From the NCBI RefSeq assembly GCF_963921235.1, contig NC_086111.1, forward strand, positions 30,690,001-30,754,000: 64,000 nucleotides of DNA. Direction: 5' to 3'. A program made the position numbers and the translations under genes. The notes under the pieces are model-generated. The model was not told where the DNA came from and searched no databases. It worked only from the letters and a program-made list of their open reading frames with translations. Origin of the DNA: Mobula hypostoma. Taxonomy: Eukaryota. Positions within the stretch are counted from its first letter, which is position 1. Each line of letters begins with the position of its first letter. This document shows, one piece after another, positions 48,160 through 61,999 of this stretch.

Positions 48160-50985
48160 TTAGAAAGGCTTTCAATAAAGTCCGACATGCGAGGTTGGGT
48201 CCCATGGAATGCAGGGAGAGCTAATGAGGTGGATTCAAAGTTGGTTCAGATGTTGGGTGCAAAGGGCGATTTTTGAAGGAAGATTCTCAGAATGGAGGCT
48301 GGTGACTGGTGGTGTGCCACAGGGGTTGTTGTTGGAACCCTTGTTATTCTTAATTTATATAAAAAAAAATTGGATGTAAATGAATAGAATTGGATCAATA
48401 ATTTTGCAGATAACACAAAATTAGCAGGTGTTGACTGTGAAGAAGGTTATCATAGATTACAAGGGGATCTTGATTAGTTAGGGAAGTGGAGAAAATGGGT
48501 TTCACTATAGATTAGTGCAAGGTGATGTGCTTTGGGAAGGCAAGACTTGTACTATGAATGGAAAGGCACGAGAGTGTGATGGAACAGAGGTACTTAGGAA
48601 TGCAAATGTATCTTTGATCAAAAGCGCCTCAACAGGCAGACAGCACGATAAAGAAGGCTTTTAGCATGCTGCCCTTCATCAGTCAGGCCAATGAATATAG
48701 GAGCTGAGACATTAGACCACAAGACAACGGAGCAGAAGTCAGCCATTCGGTCCATCGAGTCTGCTCCGCCATTTTATCATGAGCTGATCCATTCTCCCAT
48801 TTAGTCCCACTCCCCTTCCTTCTCACTATAACCTTTGATGCCCTGGCTACTCAGATACCTATCAATCTCTGCCTTAAATATACCCAATGACTTAACCTCC
48901 ACTGCCGCCCATGGCAACAAATTCCACAGATTCACCACCCTCTGGCTAAAAGAATTTCTTCAAGCATCTCTGTTCTGAATGGGTGCCTTTCTATCCTTAA
49001 GTCATGTCCTCTCATACTAGACTCCCCCACCATGGGAAACAACTTTGCCACATCCACTGTCCATGCCTTTCAACATTCAAACTGTTTCTCTGAGGTCCCC
49101 CCTCATTCTTCTAAACTCCAAGGAGTACAGTCCAAGAGCGGACAAGCGTTCCTCATATGTTAACCCTCTCATTGCCGGATTCATTCCAGTGAATCTTCTC
49201 TGAACCCTCGCCAACGTCAGCACATCCTTTCTTAAATAAGGAACCCAAAACTGCACACAGTACTCCAAGTGAGGTCTCACTAGCGCCTTATAGAGCCTCA
49301 ACATCACATCCCTGCTCCTATACTCTATTCCTCTAGAAATGAATGCCAACATTGCATTCGCCTTCTTCACCACCGACTCAACCTGGAGGTTAACTTTAAG
49401 GGTATCCTGCACGAGGACTCCCAAGTCCCGTTGCATCTCAGAACTTTGAATTTTCTCCCCATTTAAATAATAGTCTGCCCATTTATTTCTTCTTCCAACG
49501 TGCATAATCATACACTTTCCAACATTGTATTTCATTTGCCACTTCTTTGCCAATTCTTCCAATCTATCCAAGTCTCTCTGCAGATTCTCTGTTTCCTCAG
49601 CACTACCGGTCCCTCCACCTATCTTTGTATCATCAGCAAATGTAGCCACAAAGCCACCTATTCCATAATCCAAATCATTGATGTACAATGTAAAAAGAAG
49701 CAGCCCCAACACGGACCCCGTGGAACACCACGGGTAACCGGCAGTCAACCAGAATGGGATCCCTTAATTCCCACTCTCTGTTTCCTGCCAATCAGCCAAT
49801 GCTCTATCCACGTATGTAACTTTCCCATAATTCCATGGGCTCTTATCTTGTTTAGCAGCCTCATGTGCAGCACCTTGTCAAAGGTCTTCTGAAAATCCAA
49901 ATACACAACATCCACTGCATCTCCCTTGTTCAGCCTACTTGTAATTTCCTCAAAAAATTGCAATAGGTTTGTCAGGCAGGATTTTCCTTTAAGGAAACCA
50001 TGCTGAGTTCTGCCTATCTTGTCATATGCCTCCAGGTACTCTGTAACCTCATCCTTGACAATTGACTCCAACAACTTCCCAACCACCGATGTCAAGCTAA
50101 CAGGTCTATAATTTCCTTTTTGCTTCCTTGCCCCCTTCTTAAATAGCGGATTGACATTTGCAATCTTCCAGTCCTCCGGAAGCACGCCAGAATCTATTGA
50201 CTTTTGAAAGATCATTGCTAATGCCTCTGCAATCTCCACAGCTACTTCCTTCAGAACATGAGTGTGCATTCCATTTGGTCCGGGAGATTTATCTACCCTA
50301 GACTATTCAGCTTCCTGAATAATTTCTCTGTCATAAATGTGACTGCGCACACTTCTCTTCCCTGACACCCTTGAATGTCCGGTATACTGCTAATGTCTTC
50401 CTCAGTGAAGGCTGATGCAAAATACTCGTTCATTATGTCGCAGTTGTCTAATTTGTTCATGAGGATGTTGTGTACAGTTTTGTACACCCTGTTATAGGAA
50501 AGGTGTGGTTAAGCCAGAAAGAGTACAGAAAAGATTTTCAGTGGTGTTGCTAGAACTAGAATATCTGAGTCATAGGGAGAGATTGGCCAGGCTAGGTTTT
50601 TGTTCCTTGGACTGGAAGAGAATGGGGAGCAACCTTATAGAAATTATGTGAGACATAGATAAGTCTGTATAGTAACTGTTTTCTCTTAAATAAGAAATAG
50701 GGGGCATATGTTTAAGGTAAGAAGTGAAAAATGTAAAAGAAACCCATGGATCATACTTCTCATGCAGAGGGTGGTGGGTATATAGAACGAGCTGCCAGAA
50801 GATGTTTTGAGGTAGGTACAATAATATCATTTAAGAAGCACTTGTACATATAAAAGGAGGAGTGGGGCTTAGAGAAATATGGGTTGAACACAAGAATTGG
50901 GATTATCTGGGTGACATCTTGTTTGGCATGAAGGACTTATTGGGTTGAAGGATTTGTGTCAGTAATGTATTGCTCCATAACGCTA
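48160..50985 (+). mobile_element. Older CR1 LINE (outer element)
   Basis: GGVPQGLLLEPLLF and FADNTKLAG before 48714; the element resumes at 50431 and runs to its 3' UTR. Confidence 0.8.
48715..50430 (-). mobile_element. Younger CR1 LINE nested in an opposite-strand CR1
   Basis: Long ORFs 49077-49748 and 49745-50269 with RT motifs (YLDFQKTFDKV, FADDTKIGG); CATTA duplicated at both junctions. Confidence 0.93.
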
Positions 50986-52155
50986 TACCTCTAAATTGCA
51001 ATCATCATTTCTTTAAAAAAATCTTCAACGTCCACTTTTTTAACCACGCTTTTGATCATTCGCAACATCTTCCAAAGTTCAGCATCAGTACCCTATGTAA
51101 CCTTCTGTGGAGCACACTGGCACGTTCTTCATTTTAAAATCACCATATAAATGTAAATCATTATACAGCTGTGAGAGTATTTGTGGCACAGAGACTAAGT
51201 CTCGCTGTGGACTGACACTAGCCCAAATTGTTCATGAGAAAGCAGTTCAGTATTGGATCTACAGAAACGGGTGGCTGAGTCTATTTTCCTGCCTGGTACA
51301 TTAAAACTGCTTTCAAAATGGAAGCAGCCCTATTTTGAACAAATCTGACAGAACAGTATTATTTTTGTTAAAGGAAGCCGACCACTCTTGTTGAGTACAG
51401 CAAGATCAAAGGAGCTACATCAAAGGGCCGTCTTGTTAAATGGACATGTGAAATCAGAACTGGTTGGTCTCTCCTTGTATCATCACTTACTTTCAGTAGA
51501 AACATTTTCTATCACTCGATTTGTATTCTCCATTCTGACATTCAACAATGGAATCTGAGTGCAATATTATCCTCACTGCTGTAAGGCCAGGAGACAAGTT
51601 CTATTTGTTGTGAGGCACGGTATAGATTGACTATTCGAAAGGTCAAACTGAGCAACCTTGGGCAAATAGGCATAAAGGCATTTAAATTACTTCTAGATCT
51701 CAGAGATTCCACTGTTTATTAATTACTAGGCTGTTGAATTGATGACGCACAGTTCAGTGTGACACTTTTCATTTGAGTCCCGAAACTTTACTTCACCGCA
51801 TAAACATGTTAATGAGAATCCCAGGGTCCTGTCTTCATGGTTACTGCAGACACATTTTAAATTATTCTTGCTTTTCAGTGGCTGCTCTTTGCAGTCATTG
51901 CTTCTGGGCACTGGCAGCAGCTACTGGAGACAAATTATCTTTCAGCTGAACAAGGATGAAGCTTCTGTTTAAGAAGCAAATGGAGATAAAAACACAGAAG
52001 GAGACAGGCCATTTAGCCCAATGAAGCTCACTCCTTAATGTTCAGTTTGCAATTTTAGAGATATTCAAGTTAGTAATTCAGGAGATTATTCTGAACACTT
52101 AGCATTCTATGAATGTAAGAGGCATGAGTATTTGTTAGTTAATTAATTTTTCTGG

Positions 52156-52576
52156 CTTCTCCGTGGATCGTCAACTTGTCGTGGTGGAGATGCTTGTGTG
52201 GTCCTGTGATCCCGAGAGCAATGCCGTGTGGAGCTATGCTCCTGGTAGGGTCACCCATGGCGGTGAGGTCGAGAGTGAGGTCCCTGACACAACAATCGAA
52301 CCAAGACCTCAACAATGGAACAGGGGGATGAATTTACTTCAAACTCAATGGCTGTGAAGGCGGATGAAGGCTGCAACAAATCCATCAGCTCCAATGGTCG
52401 TGGTTTCCATCCCATTGGAATCAGTTGATTGTTTTATGAAGTATCATGTGCTTCTTGGAGTGCAACATCAAGCACACATTAAACAAATACATGCACAGGC
52501 ATCTTCACTCTGTGGGCCACTTCTTCAGAATGAAGACCATCATCCTCGACTTCGAGGGATAGCCATGACGACAACG
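52156..52576 (+). mobile_element. Short bipartite RTE-derived retroposon (5' UTR joined to 3' end)
   Basis: RTE/Expander-like 5' motif CCTGGTAGGGTCACCCATGGC; 3' hairpin CCTCGACTTCGAGG plus GAC repeats; 11-bp TSD AATTTTTCTGG. Confidence 0.7.
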
Positions 52577-52587
52577 AATTTTTCTGG

Positions 52588-52890
52588 GTGAGTGCTGTAG
52601 CTGGTAGAGTTAGTATCTCACAACCCAGGTTCAATCTTAACCTCTGGTGCTGTCTGCATGTATTTTGTGTATTTTCCACATAACTGGGCTTCCACCAGTT
52701 GCTCCAGTTTCTTCCTTCAGCTCAGAGATATGTGGGTTATTACTGTGTCAAGAGTACAGGTGGCAGTAGAATCTGGGAGGATTGATGAAATATGTGGAGA
52801 ATAAAAAGATACGGGACTAATATAAGATTATTAAAATGGTAGACAGAGGCTTTGTAGGCTGAATGGCCTGATCCTATGCTGTATCTCAAT
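52588..52890 (+). mobile_element. Degenerate V-domain SINE
   Basis: CCAGGTTCAATC B-box, V-like core and CR1-like tail GGCTGAATGGCCTG. Confidence 0.6.
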
Positions 52891-53437
52891 GGCTGTAGTT
52901 ATCTTTACCAAGGATAGTTATTGCTTTCCTTTTCTCTTTGATCCTCTTGAGCATTTCAGCATGAAGCTCAATGGCTCCTGCTACACCCTGCTTTTGGTCT
53001 CTGTCAAACCTGGCTGTGCTAGGAATTTGGGTAAAGGAGCCACCATTAATCCTAACCCTTTGCCGTCACAATGCAGGCTGATGTCTTTCAACTGCTTCCA
53101 GTCAGCTCTTCCAAATTCAGCAGTACAATGTGCACATTGTGCAAGCACAAAGTATTACGTCGTAGAACTGCCAGCTTTGGATTGCTGATCAGTGCTGGCC
53201 TGACTGTGTGCACTTTACTGAGGAGGACATCGGCCTTAACAAGAGCACAAATGCCTTGTTTATAGAAGATCCTGTACAGTGACAATGACAACCATTTGTG
53301 CCTCTGTTGCTCCCACTCGGCTGTCCATCCGTGTACTCATTGAAGGGAGTCTGTTCAATGAGATGGACACTACACTAACTTTACAAGGGATAATCTTCAG
53401 GCTGTCACTAAGGTGTGAAACAGTGAGGTGTTCCTTA

Positions 53438-53931
53438 AGGCTGATTTATACTTCTGCGTCAAATCGACGCCTTACGTACAGCGTAGCCATGAACACTACG
53501 CAGAGCCTACACGTATCCCTACACCGTAGCCTGACGCGCACCTCTCCCAAAATGTAACTACGTGTCGCGGCAACGCAAACCGCAACAACTGTGATTGGTC
53601 CGCTTGGTAGCATCGCATTTCCTCCAATGCTGCAATAGCTTCCCACTGGGTGACTGAAGGGCAGGGAAGGAACTCTGGCTGCAGTGCTTTCCATAAAGCT
53701 TTACAGACCTCCGAAATTATGGAGGACACATTTCGCTTTTACGAAAAAAGACGCTCGCTTTAAACTTGTTTACCCCGAGAAAGACTACCATGACCACGAA
53801 GCTTTGCACGGACAGGGGTGTGCACATGCGCGACGCAGACACACCAACACACAAGTATAAATGCTCACAACGTGCGTAGGCCACTTGTGTAGGTTACGGT
53901 GTCAATTTGACGCAGAAGTATAAATCAACCT
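53438..53931. mobile_element. Non-autonomous PIF/Harbinger element, copy 3
   Basis: TIR AGGCTGATTTATACTTCTGCGTCAAAT; TSD TTA; minus strand [32 protein letters not shown] (Harbinger transposase fragment). Confidence 0.92.
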
Positions 53932-54139
53932 TTACTGTTTTCTTGATTTGGGCATAGTTAACCTTTCCTTTGGCACCACTTGTTCAGTTTTCTAGAGGTT
54001 ATTGTGGGAGAGCTGCCTTCATTCAAGCTGTAGCAGTTAATGAAGAAGGCTCTATATTATCATCTCCCTGCTGCTCAGTTCTCACAAATTGAGAATATAT
54101 ATATGCAAGAAAGGACCACCCAAGAGAACTGGATGACTC

Positions 54140-54390
54140 TTTTCCTAGGGTGAGAGGGGAAAAGTTTACAAGAGATTTGAGGCAAGGATTTTTTGCATAG
54201 CATGGTAGCAGCCCGGCAAACACTGCCAAGGGAAGCAGATCTAATGGCAATGTTTAAGAGGCATTTAGATAGACATAGAAACAGTTGGGGAATGGATTGA
54301 TGGAGACCATGTGTAGTTTAAATTGGCCACATGGTTGTCAAGGACATTACAGCTGAAGGGTCTTTTACTGTGCTGTACTGTTCTATGTTC
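54140..54390 (+). mobile_element. CR1 3' fragment
   Basis: TTTAAGAGGCATTTAGATAGACA and CTGTGCTGTACTGTTCTATGTTC tail. Confidence 0.7.
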
Positions 54391-56859
54391 GATCTCTGAA
54401 TTAGTGCATGTCCCAAGTTTTTTCTCTGTAAAAGTTCATAAGTTCTTCTGCAAAGACTGGTTATCCAAAACATTTCTGATCACAAAGGAGCTCAGTGTAA
54501 CTTAGTTCCTTCCATAGTTGGGCACCCTTGTGTTGATTAAAAGCTGAGCACATTCTAAACAGAGGAAGAAGATAATTGCCTTTTCTGTAAATTAGATGTT
54601 GCTGTACATCCATGCTGCACCACAAGGTTAGTTCTACTTCCTTTTTAGAACATTAGAATGTGATGGGAATGCAAAAGTTACATGTACTTTAGAATCCTAT
54701 CAAGGTTTCTCTGCCTTCTCTCACCAGCTGTGCTCTGACAAGACCATTAAGGCTGGATTCTGACTGTCAAGTCAGTTAAAACCCTTTCATTCAGAAGGGG
54801 ACAATAGATGTCTTTCGCAAACTGGATGCGCTACATTTGACAGGTAGACAATATATCCAACACAATAGAACCGGCCAGCAAGAATAGATAAAGGATATTT
54901 ACACTGCAAATTTGAGACATTAACGCTGTCCTATAGGGCTGGTAGCGATGAATGTTGCTTAATTCCTAAAGGTTGTTTGTGAGAAAAGAGCATCCAATGT
55001 GGCACTGTACACATAACCCCAATTTATCACAAATGGTTTGCTGGTTGATTCTCTATCTAGGATTGTATACATGGAATGACCATTGACAAATAGTGCTGGT
55101 GAATACTCTTGCTCAACAACCAGGAATGTTGTCAGGAAACAAAGGCAGAAGGGAGATATGAAGCAAATAAATAGTTTGGCTGGTTTGTGTGTTATCCCAG
55201 AACACCTAAGCACGTGAGATATAGGAGCAAGAATAATTCGTTCAGCCCATCATGTCTGCACCGCTAATCATTAGCACCTTTCACTCCAGTGCTGCACAAA
55301 TGTCATATGCTTTGATATCCCTAACATTCAAAAAGCTATTGTTGGTGACTGAGTCTTCACTGCCTTGGGCAGGACATTCAATTGCAAACTGATAAATCTA
55401 TTGCCACTAAATTTCATTGTAGGTTGTGAGATCGGATTTGTAAATGATATTCCAAGTGTGATCTCACTAGAGCCTTTTATAATTGCAATGAAAAATCTTG
55501 TACTGTATTCAAATCCTCTAGCAAGAAAGACCAATATACTGGTCTTTCCAATTGCTTGCTGTGTGTGTATATATAAAACTACACATTTTCTTCAAGCTAC
55601 TTACAAATATACTCTGCTTTTCTGGGGTTTTTTTGTACCAAAATGGAAGCCTTTCCATTTTTCTACATTATATTCTATGTCCTCATCCATTTTCTCAGCC
55701 TGCCTTTATCCCCTGAAGCTTTAGGATGAAACATCCTAAAAATTACCGCACTGCAGAAGATTAAACTTTTTAAGGTAAGTTAAAGGTTTCCTGTCTGATT
55801 TATATATTGACTGAGCCAATTCGCTTTATCTGTGGAAACTGGAAAAAAAAAGCATGGTCGCTGAAAGGTGACTGTTTAGTAACTCAAATGCTGTGGATTT
55901 CACATATCAGGAATATTATCTAAACTATATTAGGACATAATTGTTTGTCTCCTTTAGCATATGCACACTGACAGTAATCAGATCAGAAAATTCTGATATT
56001 GTAAAAGATGTTGGCATCGAACTCCAGATTGTGAGACTGCCTGTTTTCAACTGATGCTCTTTGGAAAGGAAGGGGTTAATAGTCTTTTCATTCCAGTGCC
56101 CCAGGCTAGTTTATTTTTATTTGTTTATTTGCAGCAAGCACAAAAATTGTGAATTGATTGATTCAAACAGTTAGACTATTCATGAAGGACGTGGTTTCCC
56201 TTCCTCCCTCTTACAATGCAAAATAAATTGCATGAGATACAATGTCAGTTATTCCCCATTGTTCTAAATTTTAATGTCTCTCTTTTCGATAGTTTTCCTA
56301 GATTACATGTTGCATATTTTCCTGACTCATTTTATTGGGGTGAACAATGGTAACCAGCAGCTGATTTGAATGAATAGCCTAGGCTTGCACGCTTTGCAAG
56401 CAAAATTTATTTGGCAGAGTTCTGATGTGGTGAAGTTGCTCTTTGATCATACGAAATGAAAGCACTTGCAGCATTACCGAGATTCAAAATTTAATTTCTC
56501 TTGAAGTATGATTAATGTTGCCATTTATGTTTAAAAAAAAGAAAATGCATGCATAGCAAGATCCCACAAAATGCAAATGTGATTAACGGTCTAACTCTAT
56601 TTCAGCTAAATTACTTCATCTCCAACAGTGCCTCACTCCCTCCATTGTGTTCTGGTTCGTTGTCCTGAATTGTGAACACTGGTCCTGGATTAAGTTTTGA
56701 AATGGCTACTCTTTGATTCTGAGGCAAGAGTTCTTAAACATTGGAACTATGTAGTGTGTGAGTGTATGTATGTATATATATATATGATTTTTTTTTGTTA
56801 AAGATCTTAACTGCAAGTTGCATCTTATGGCAAATCATACAAAATGAGGAACTAATCAT

Positions 56860-57090
56860 TGGAAGCAAGTACATGGGAATTTCTCCTCACAGAGGATGGT
56901 GAGTCTCTATCTATCCTGGAGGTTTATGGGCATAAAGAGGAGGTAGGTTAATATTTTGAAAGATTGAAGAATTGAGAGTTATGTGGAATATTTACAGAAG
57001 AGGAGCTGAGGACAGGGACAGATCAGCTATGATCATTTAGAATGGTGGGGTAGGCTTGAGAGGCTAGGTAGCCCGTTACTGCTGTTATCT
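56860..57090 (+). mobile_element. CR1 3' fragment
   Basis: Degenerate CR1 3' UTR (GATCAGCTATGATC...GGCTTGAGAGGC). Confidence 0.55.
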
Positions 57091-59459
57091 TGCATCCCTG
57101 TGGATAACGTATTGAATAAAATACTTGCATAAAAGCTAAATATATTTTACACTGAACAGAAAATGAAGTTATGATCAAAGATGTGGTTGAGGATGCAGAC
57201 GTTAATTGTTTTTGAATTTGAAGGGAACCATAATATTGCACAGTAACAGACTCTGGGGTTGTGGTGGGGACACACATTATACCAAAATATTAAGGGTATT
57301 TTAATATTTTGGATATTAAAATATCTTGAATGCAATGCTACTACCCTATCTATTTTTTTCTTACATTGTTGAGGAGTGTCTTTTCTATGCTAAAGGTGCC
57401 ATTTAAATGCAAGTTGCTGCTCCCGAGCTGACTGTGTTGCGAGAATATGTGGAAATTTGAAAGCAAGGACCATACTTGAAAGCAGTAGCGATGAGGAATT
57501 TGAGGTTCTTTGTAAGGACTGAGCAAGATATGTTTCTGAGCTTGTTTTGAGATTGGATCGAAATGAGTCGGAGCTGATAGAAGATAGGTGCCAGCAGGTG
57601 GTGTGGAGAAAGTTTCAAATATTGAAGTTCTTGGGAATAAATTATAAATGAAAATTTCATTGATGGCAGAGGGAAGATGTAGTGTATCGGCTTGGAGGCT
57701 GAATAATGCAGGATTTGGACGTTACAATTGAAGAATTCTCCTGGATGTAAGGTCATTAAGTATTTCTTAGTGTGGAAAACACAATCCATGCATGAAGTTA
57801 AGATCTTCAGATGTACATGGTTTCAATACCACTGCAGTGCATTTACTCACCATGCTAGTAAGAACATTTTACATGGTAAGTAGGCAACTTTCAGGTGGGT
57901 GGGTTGCAGAGAATAGCACAGAACAACAAAGAGAATTTTCAGGTTCAACTAGGCAAATTCATAGCTTGGTTGTGTTGGTGGATGGGAGAGCTGGTGAGAG
58001 GAAGGAAGTTGGGAGGTTATTGCGAAGATCCAAGGCTCAAAGTTTCAAACAAGAATTGAACAGGACAGTTGAAGTGTTGCAGTGTACAAGAGATGTTGCA
58101 ATAAGAACTCACTGAAAGGCAGATGGATGGTCTGGCTCTTAGAAGTTTTTCACTAGTTTCAGGTCAAGGTGTTGATATTTGATGATGGAGTGGAAATTTC
58201 CAATTGTTCCTGTCCTTTTTATTCTCGTACGTTTAGTATTATTTGCAAGCCTTTTACTGTTTTGATTTGAAACTTGGACGACAAATATTTGTATTTTCTG
58301 TTGTTTATATTTCCTGGAATTCCAACTGTATAGCTTTGTAGGATTACTTTCAGGATTCCTCGATGCTTTTTATTTTTTTGCATCACTACCAAAGGTTTCT
58401 ACAGTTTGTGACTAATACCTGGAATATACATACACAGGGAGAAAGTGAGTGCGTTGGGAACATGATGAAACTTATTCTGGAGTTTGGAAACCTCAGTGTA
58501 CACCATCTAGGACAAGGCACAAATATGGAAAGGCAAGGGATCTTCAGGGATAGACACTAGAAGAGTCAGCGCCTTCAGAAGATGAAGAGCGAGCACTCCC
58601 TACAGTTTCATTGAAATGGCCAATTTCAGACGAACACTGATATCTTTGAATGCTGAGAAGTCTTTCTTTTGCCTCTGGGTCAGGATCATTGCTTGGATCA
58701 GACTTTCTGTGGTGCTTGTACATCCTGATCAAAAAATTCCAGCATAGTTTGCACCTCAGCTCAATTCAAAATTCAGATCAGCAATTAAATCAAATTAAAA
58801 CCTCACCAAACATTGTGCTGTTAGGAATGACAAAGCTGCTCTTTACAAGAAGGTGTGAATGAGCTTGAAATGAATTGTTTAAGATCTGTCATTCTAACTG
58901 GCAGTAATTATATAGCACATTGAGAAGATCTGGGTGAAGAATACTCAAAGTAAGCCTGAGTTTCAATCTTCCATCATTGCTACATATTGATAGAGCAGCA
59001 ACAAACACTGGACTTTCATCTCTAAATTCTGGATTTAAATTCAAATTGAACTAATTTAAGCACGCCTTTACATTCTTCAATGCCCATAACACTTTGGGAA
59101 TAAGAATAGCTCCATAAGTCATTTCTCAATGGCAATGCATCTCCTCAACTACCTCTGTGACTTCTATTGCCTAGTTGTGAGGGTTTCATGGTTTTAATTG
59201 ATTTATGTTTACTGCTTTACAGGAGACCTATTTTTTTAAAAAAATCACAATTCCCCACAATGCCAACCACAGCACAGCTCTTGATTCTTCACATATCCTG
59301 ATATTAATTCCAGATTACCTACTCTTCTCCTTGCCACAATGAACCACGTCACTCATGAGCTTTCCTGAAGCATGTTTGCTGAAATTGTTGTTGCATCTTT
59401 CTGTAATGCACCTCATAAATTTATATTGCCACTTCTCTCAAAAGGCTCACCTTGGATCC

Positions 59460-59860
59460 TAGTTGGAATCAAACTGAGTCCTGTTCTTTTGCGCTCTTAA
59501 CTAAGATCCTTGAATATGCTCCCAAAGTTTAGAATACAAGAACAATCTTATCATTCCAGATTGGATAGTACGTTGCTTGTTAGATCTAGAGAACTGCATT
59601 TGATGTTCACAATGTGGCTTCCTCTGCATCTGAGAAACAGACTCGGACTGGGTGTCCACATTGTGAAGCAACTTTGTTCAGTCTTCAGGTGTGACCCAGG
59701 GCTTCCATTGTTCCCACTTTAAGTCAACATCACTGTTACACTGATCTTTCTGTCTGTGGCCACCTGCACTGTAACAAGAATACCCAATGCAAGCTTGCAG
59801 AACAACACCTCATCTTTTGTCTGGCATGTGCAAACTTCTGGACTTCACTTCAACATTAGG
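59460..59860 (+). mobile_element. Old Penelope-like GIY-YIG fragment
   Basis: Degenerate CSQCGFLCI-ET...LG and KLAEQHLIFCL motifs. Confidence 0.6.
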
Positions 59861-60234
59861 TAACTGGTTCTTTTATTCTTTCTGGATCAGAATAGCCATT
59901 TTTTTCCCTGCCATTGTTGTGGCTGAGATGTTTCTTTTTGTATAGCTGGGTATGATTCACAACTTAATGATTAACCACACATAGTTCAAACTGCCATTTA
60001 GCATCACCCTGTCAGAAATATTCCTTTTGTTCTTCCCTTTCCATCCATTTGTTTTGAATTCATTCCGCATCTTTGGATGCATTGAACTGAAATGTCTCTT
60101 TATTATCTTCACTATGTCTACATATGATCCTTCAGTGTTAAATTATGATACACTCACGAACCAACATTTCACGTCTTCAGCCCCACTACCAAATGTAGTA
60201 TCATCATCATACCCTATATTATATGATTGTGTTC

Positions 60235-61932
60235 CTTTGTTCTCTGTTCTTTGGGTATCAGTGTTACTGTGGAAGACACTAGCAGTATGGTGGAAGTTCC
60301 ATGTGTGCGCTCATGAATTGTGTGAAGCTACCATTACTAGGGAGAAGGTTCTAGGGAAACTGAAAGAACTGAAGGTAGGTAAGTCACCTGGGCCAGATAT
60401 TGTACCCCCTAGGGCTCTAAAAGAGGTGGTTGAAGGCATTGTGGAGGCATTAATAATGATATTTCAAGAATCACTAGATTCTGGAATGGTTCTGCAAGAC
60501 TGGAAAATTGCAAATGTCACTCCTCTTCAAGAAGGAAGAGAGGCTGAAGAAAGGAAAAATTATAGGCCAGTTAGTCTGACCTCGGTGGTTGGGAAGATGT
60601 TGGAGTCCATTGTTAAGGATGTAGTTTTGAGCTACTTGGAGCCACATGATAAAATAAGCCGTAGTCAGTGTGGTTTCCTCAAGGGAAAATCTAGCCTGAC
60701 AAATCTGTTGGAATTCTTTGAAGAAATAACAAGCAGGATAGACAATGGAGAATTGGTGGATGTTGTGTACTTCGATTTTCAGGCCTTTGACAAGGCACCA
60801 CACATGAGGCTACTTAGCAAGCTATGAGCCCGTGGTATTACAGAGAGGATCTTAGCATGGATAAAGCAGTGGCTGACTGGCAGGAGGCAAAGAGTGGGAA
60901 CAAAGAAAGCCTTTTCTGGTTGGCTGCTGATGATTGAGATCTGTGTTGAGACCAATTTTTTTTTTGTCTTATTTTTGTGTGGTATGTTAATGATTTGAAT
61001 GATGGAATTGATGGCTTTGTTGCAAAATTTGCAGATGATACGAAATGGGTCAAGGGACAGGTAGTTTTGAGGAAGTAGAAAGGCTACAGAAGGACTTAGA
61101 TTAGGAGACTGGGCAAAGAAATAGCAGTTAGAATGCAGAGTCGGGGAGTGTATGTTCATGCACTTTGGTAGAAGAAGAGAAAGGGTTGACTATTTTCTAA
61201 ATGGAGAGAAAATACAAACAACTCAGGTGCAAAGTGCTTGGGCAGGATTCCCTAAAGGTTAATTTGCAGGTTCAGTCTATAGTGAGGAAGGCAAATGTGA
61301 TGTTAGCATTTATTTTAAAAGGACTAGAAAATTAAAGCAAGGTGTTATTTTGAGACTTTATAAAGCTGTAGTGAGGTTTCACTTCAGTATTGTGAGCAGT
61401 TTTGAGCAACTTATCTTAGAAAGGATGTTCTGAAACTGAAGAAGGTTCAAAGGAGATTCACAAAATTGATTCCAGGTTTCAACAGCTTGTCATATGAAGA
61501 GGGTTTGATGGCTCTGGGCCTTTATTCACTAGAATTTAGAAGAATGAGGTATGACCTCATTGAAACCTATCCAATGTTGAAAGGCCTTGATAGAGTGGAT
61601 ATGGAGAGGATGCTTTCTATGGTGGGGGTGTCTACAACCAGAGATCACAGCCTCAGAATATAGAGTTACACTTTTAGAATGGAAATTAAGATGAATTTCT
61701 TTAGTCAGAAAGTGGTGAATTGGTGGAATTCGTTGCCAAATACAGCTCTGGAGGCCAAGTTTGTTTACATATTTAAGGCAGAGGTTGATAGAATCTTCAT
61801 TGGTCAGGTCAAGAAGGGATACAGGGAGAAGGCAGCAGATTGGGGCTAAGAGGGGGAAATGGCTCAGCCATGATGAAATGATGGAGCAGACTTGATGGGC
61901 CAAATGTCCTAATTCTGCTTCTATGTCTTATG
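60235..61932 (+). mobile_element. CR1 LINE, 5'-truncated
   Basis: KSPGPD, NYRPVSLTSVVGKMLE, YFDFQAFDK and KFADDTK motifs; 3' tail TATGTCTTATG. Confidence 0.92.
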
Positions 61933-61999
61933 ATATCATTTCCTTTGGAGAACACCTCCACATGCTCCATATGCAGGATGAATGATAGGCTGCTTAGAT

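Noticed and set aside
55690-55780. Strong donor AAG|GTAAGT
   Set aside because: No recognisable coding frame upstream and it sits next to CR1 remnants.
57400-58200. Possible ancient Penelope RT remnant
   Set aside because: Too degenerate to support by eye.
60027-60827. 266-aa ORF as a novel fusion protein
   Set aside because: The C-terminal part is CR1 ORF2 and the N-terminal part is chance read-through of flanking DNA.
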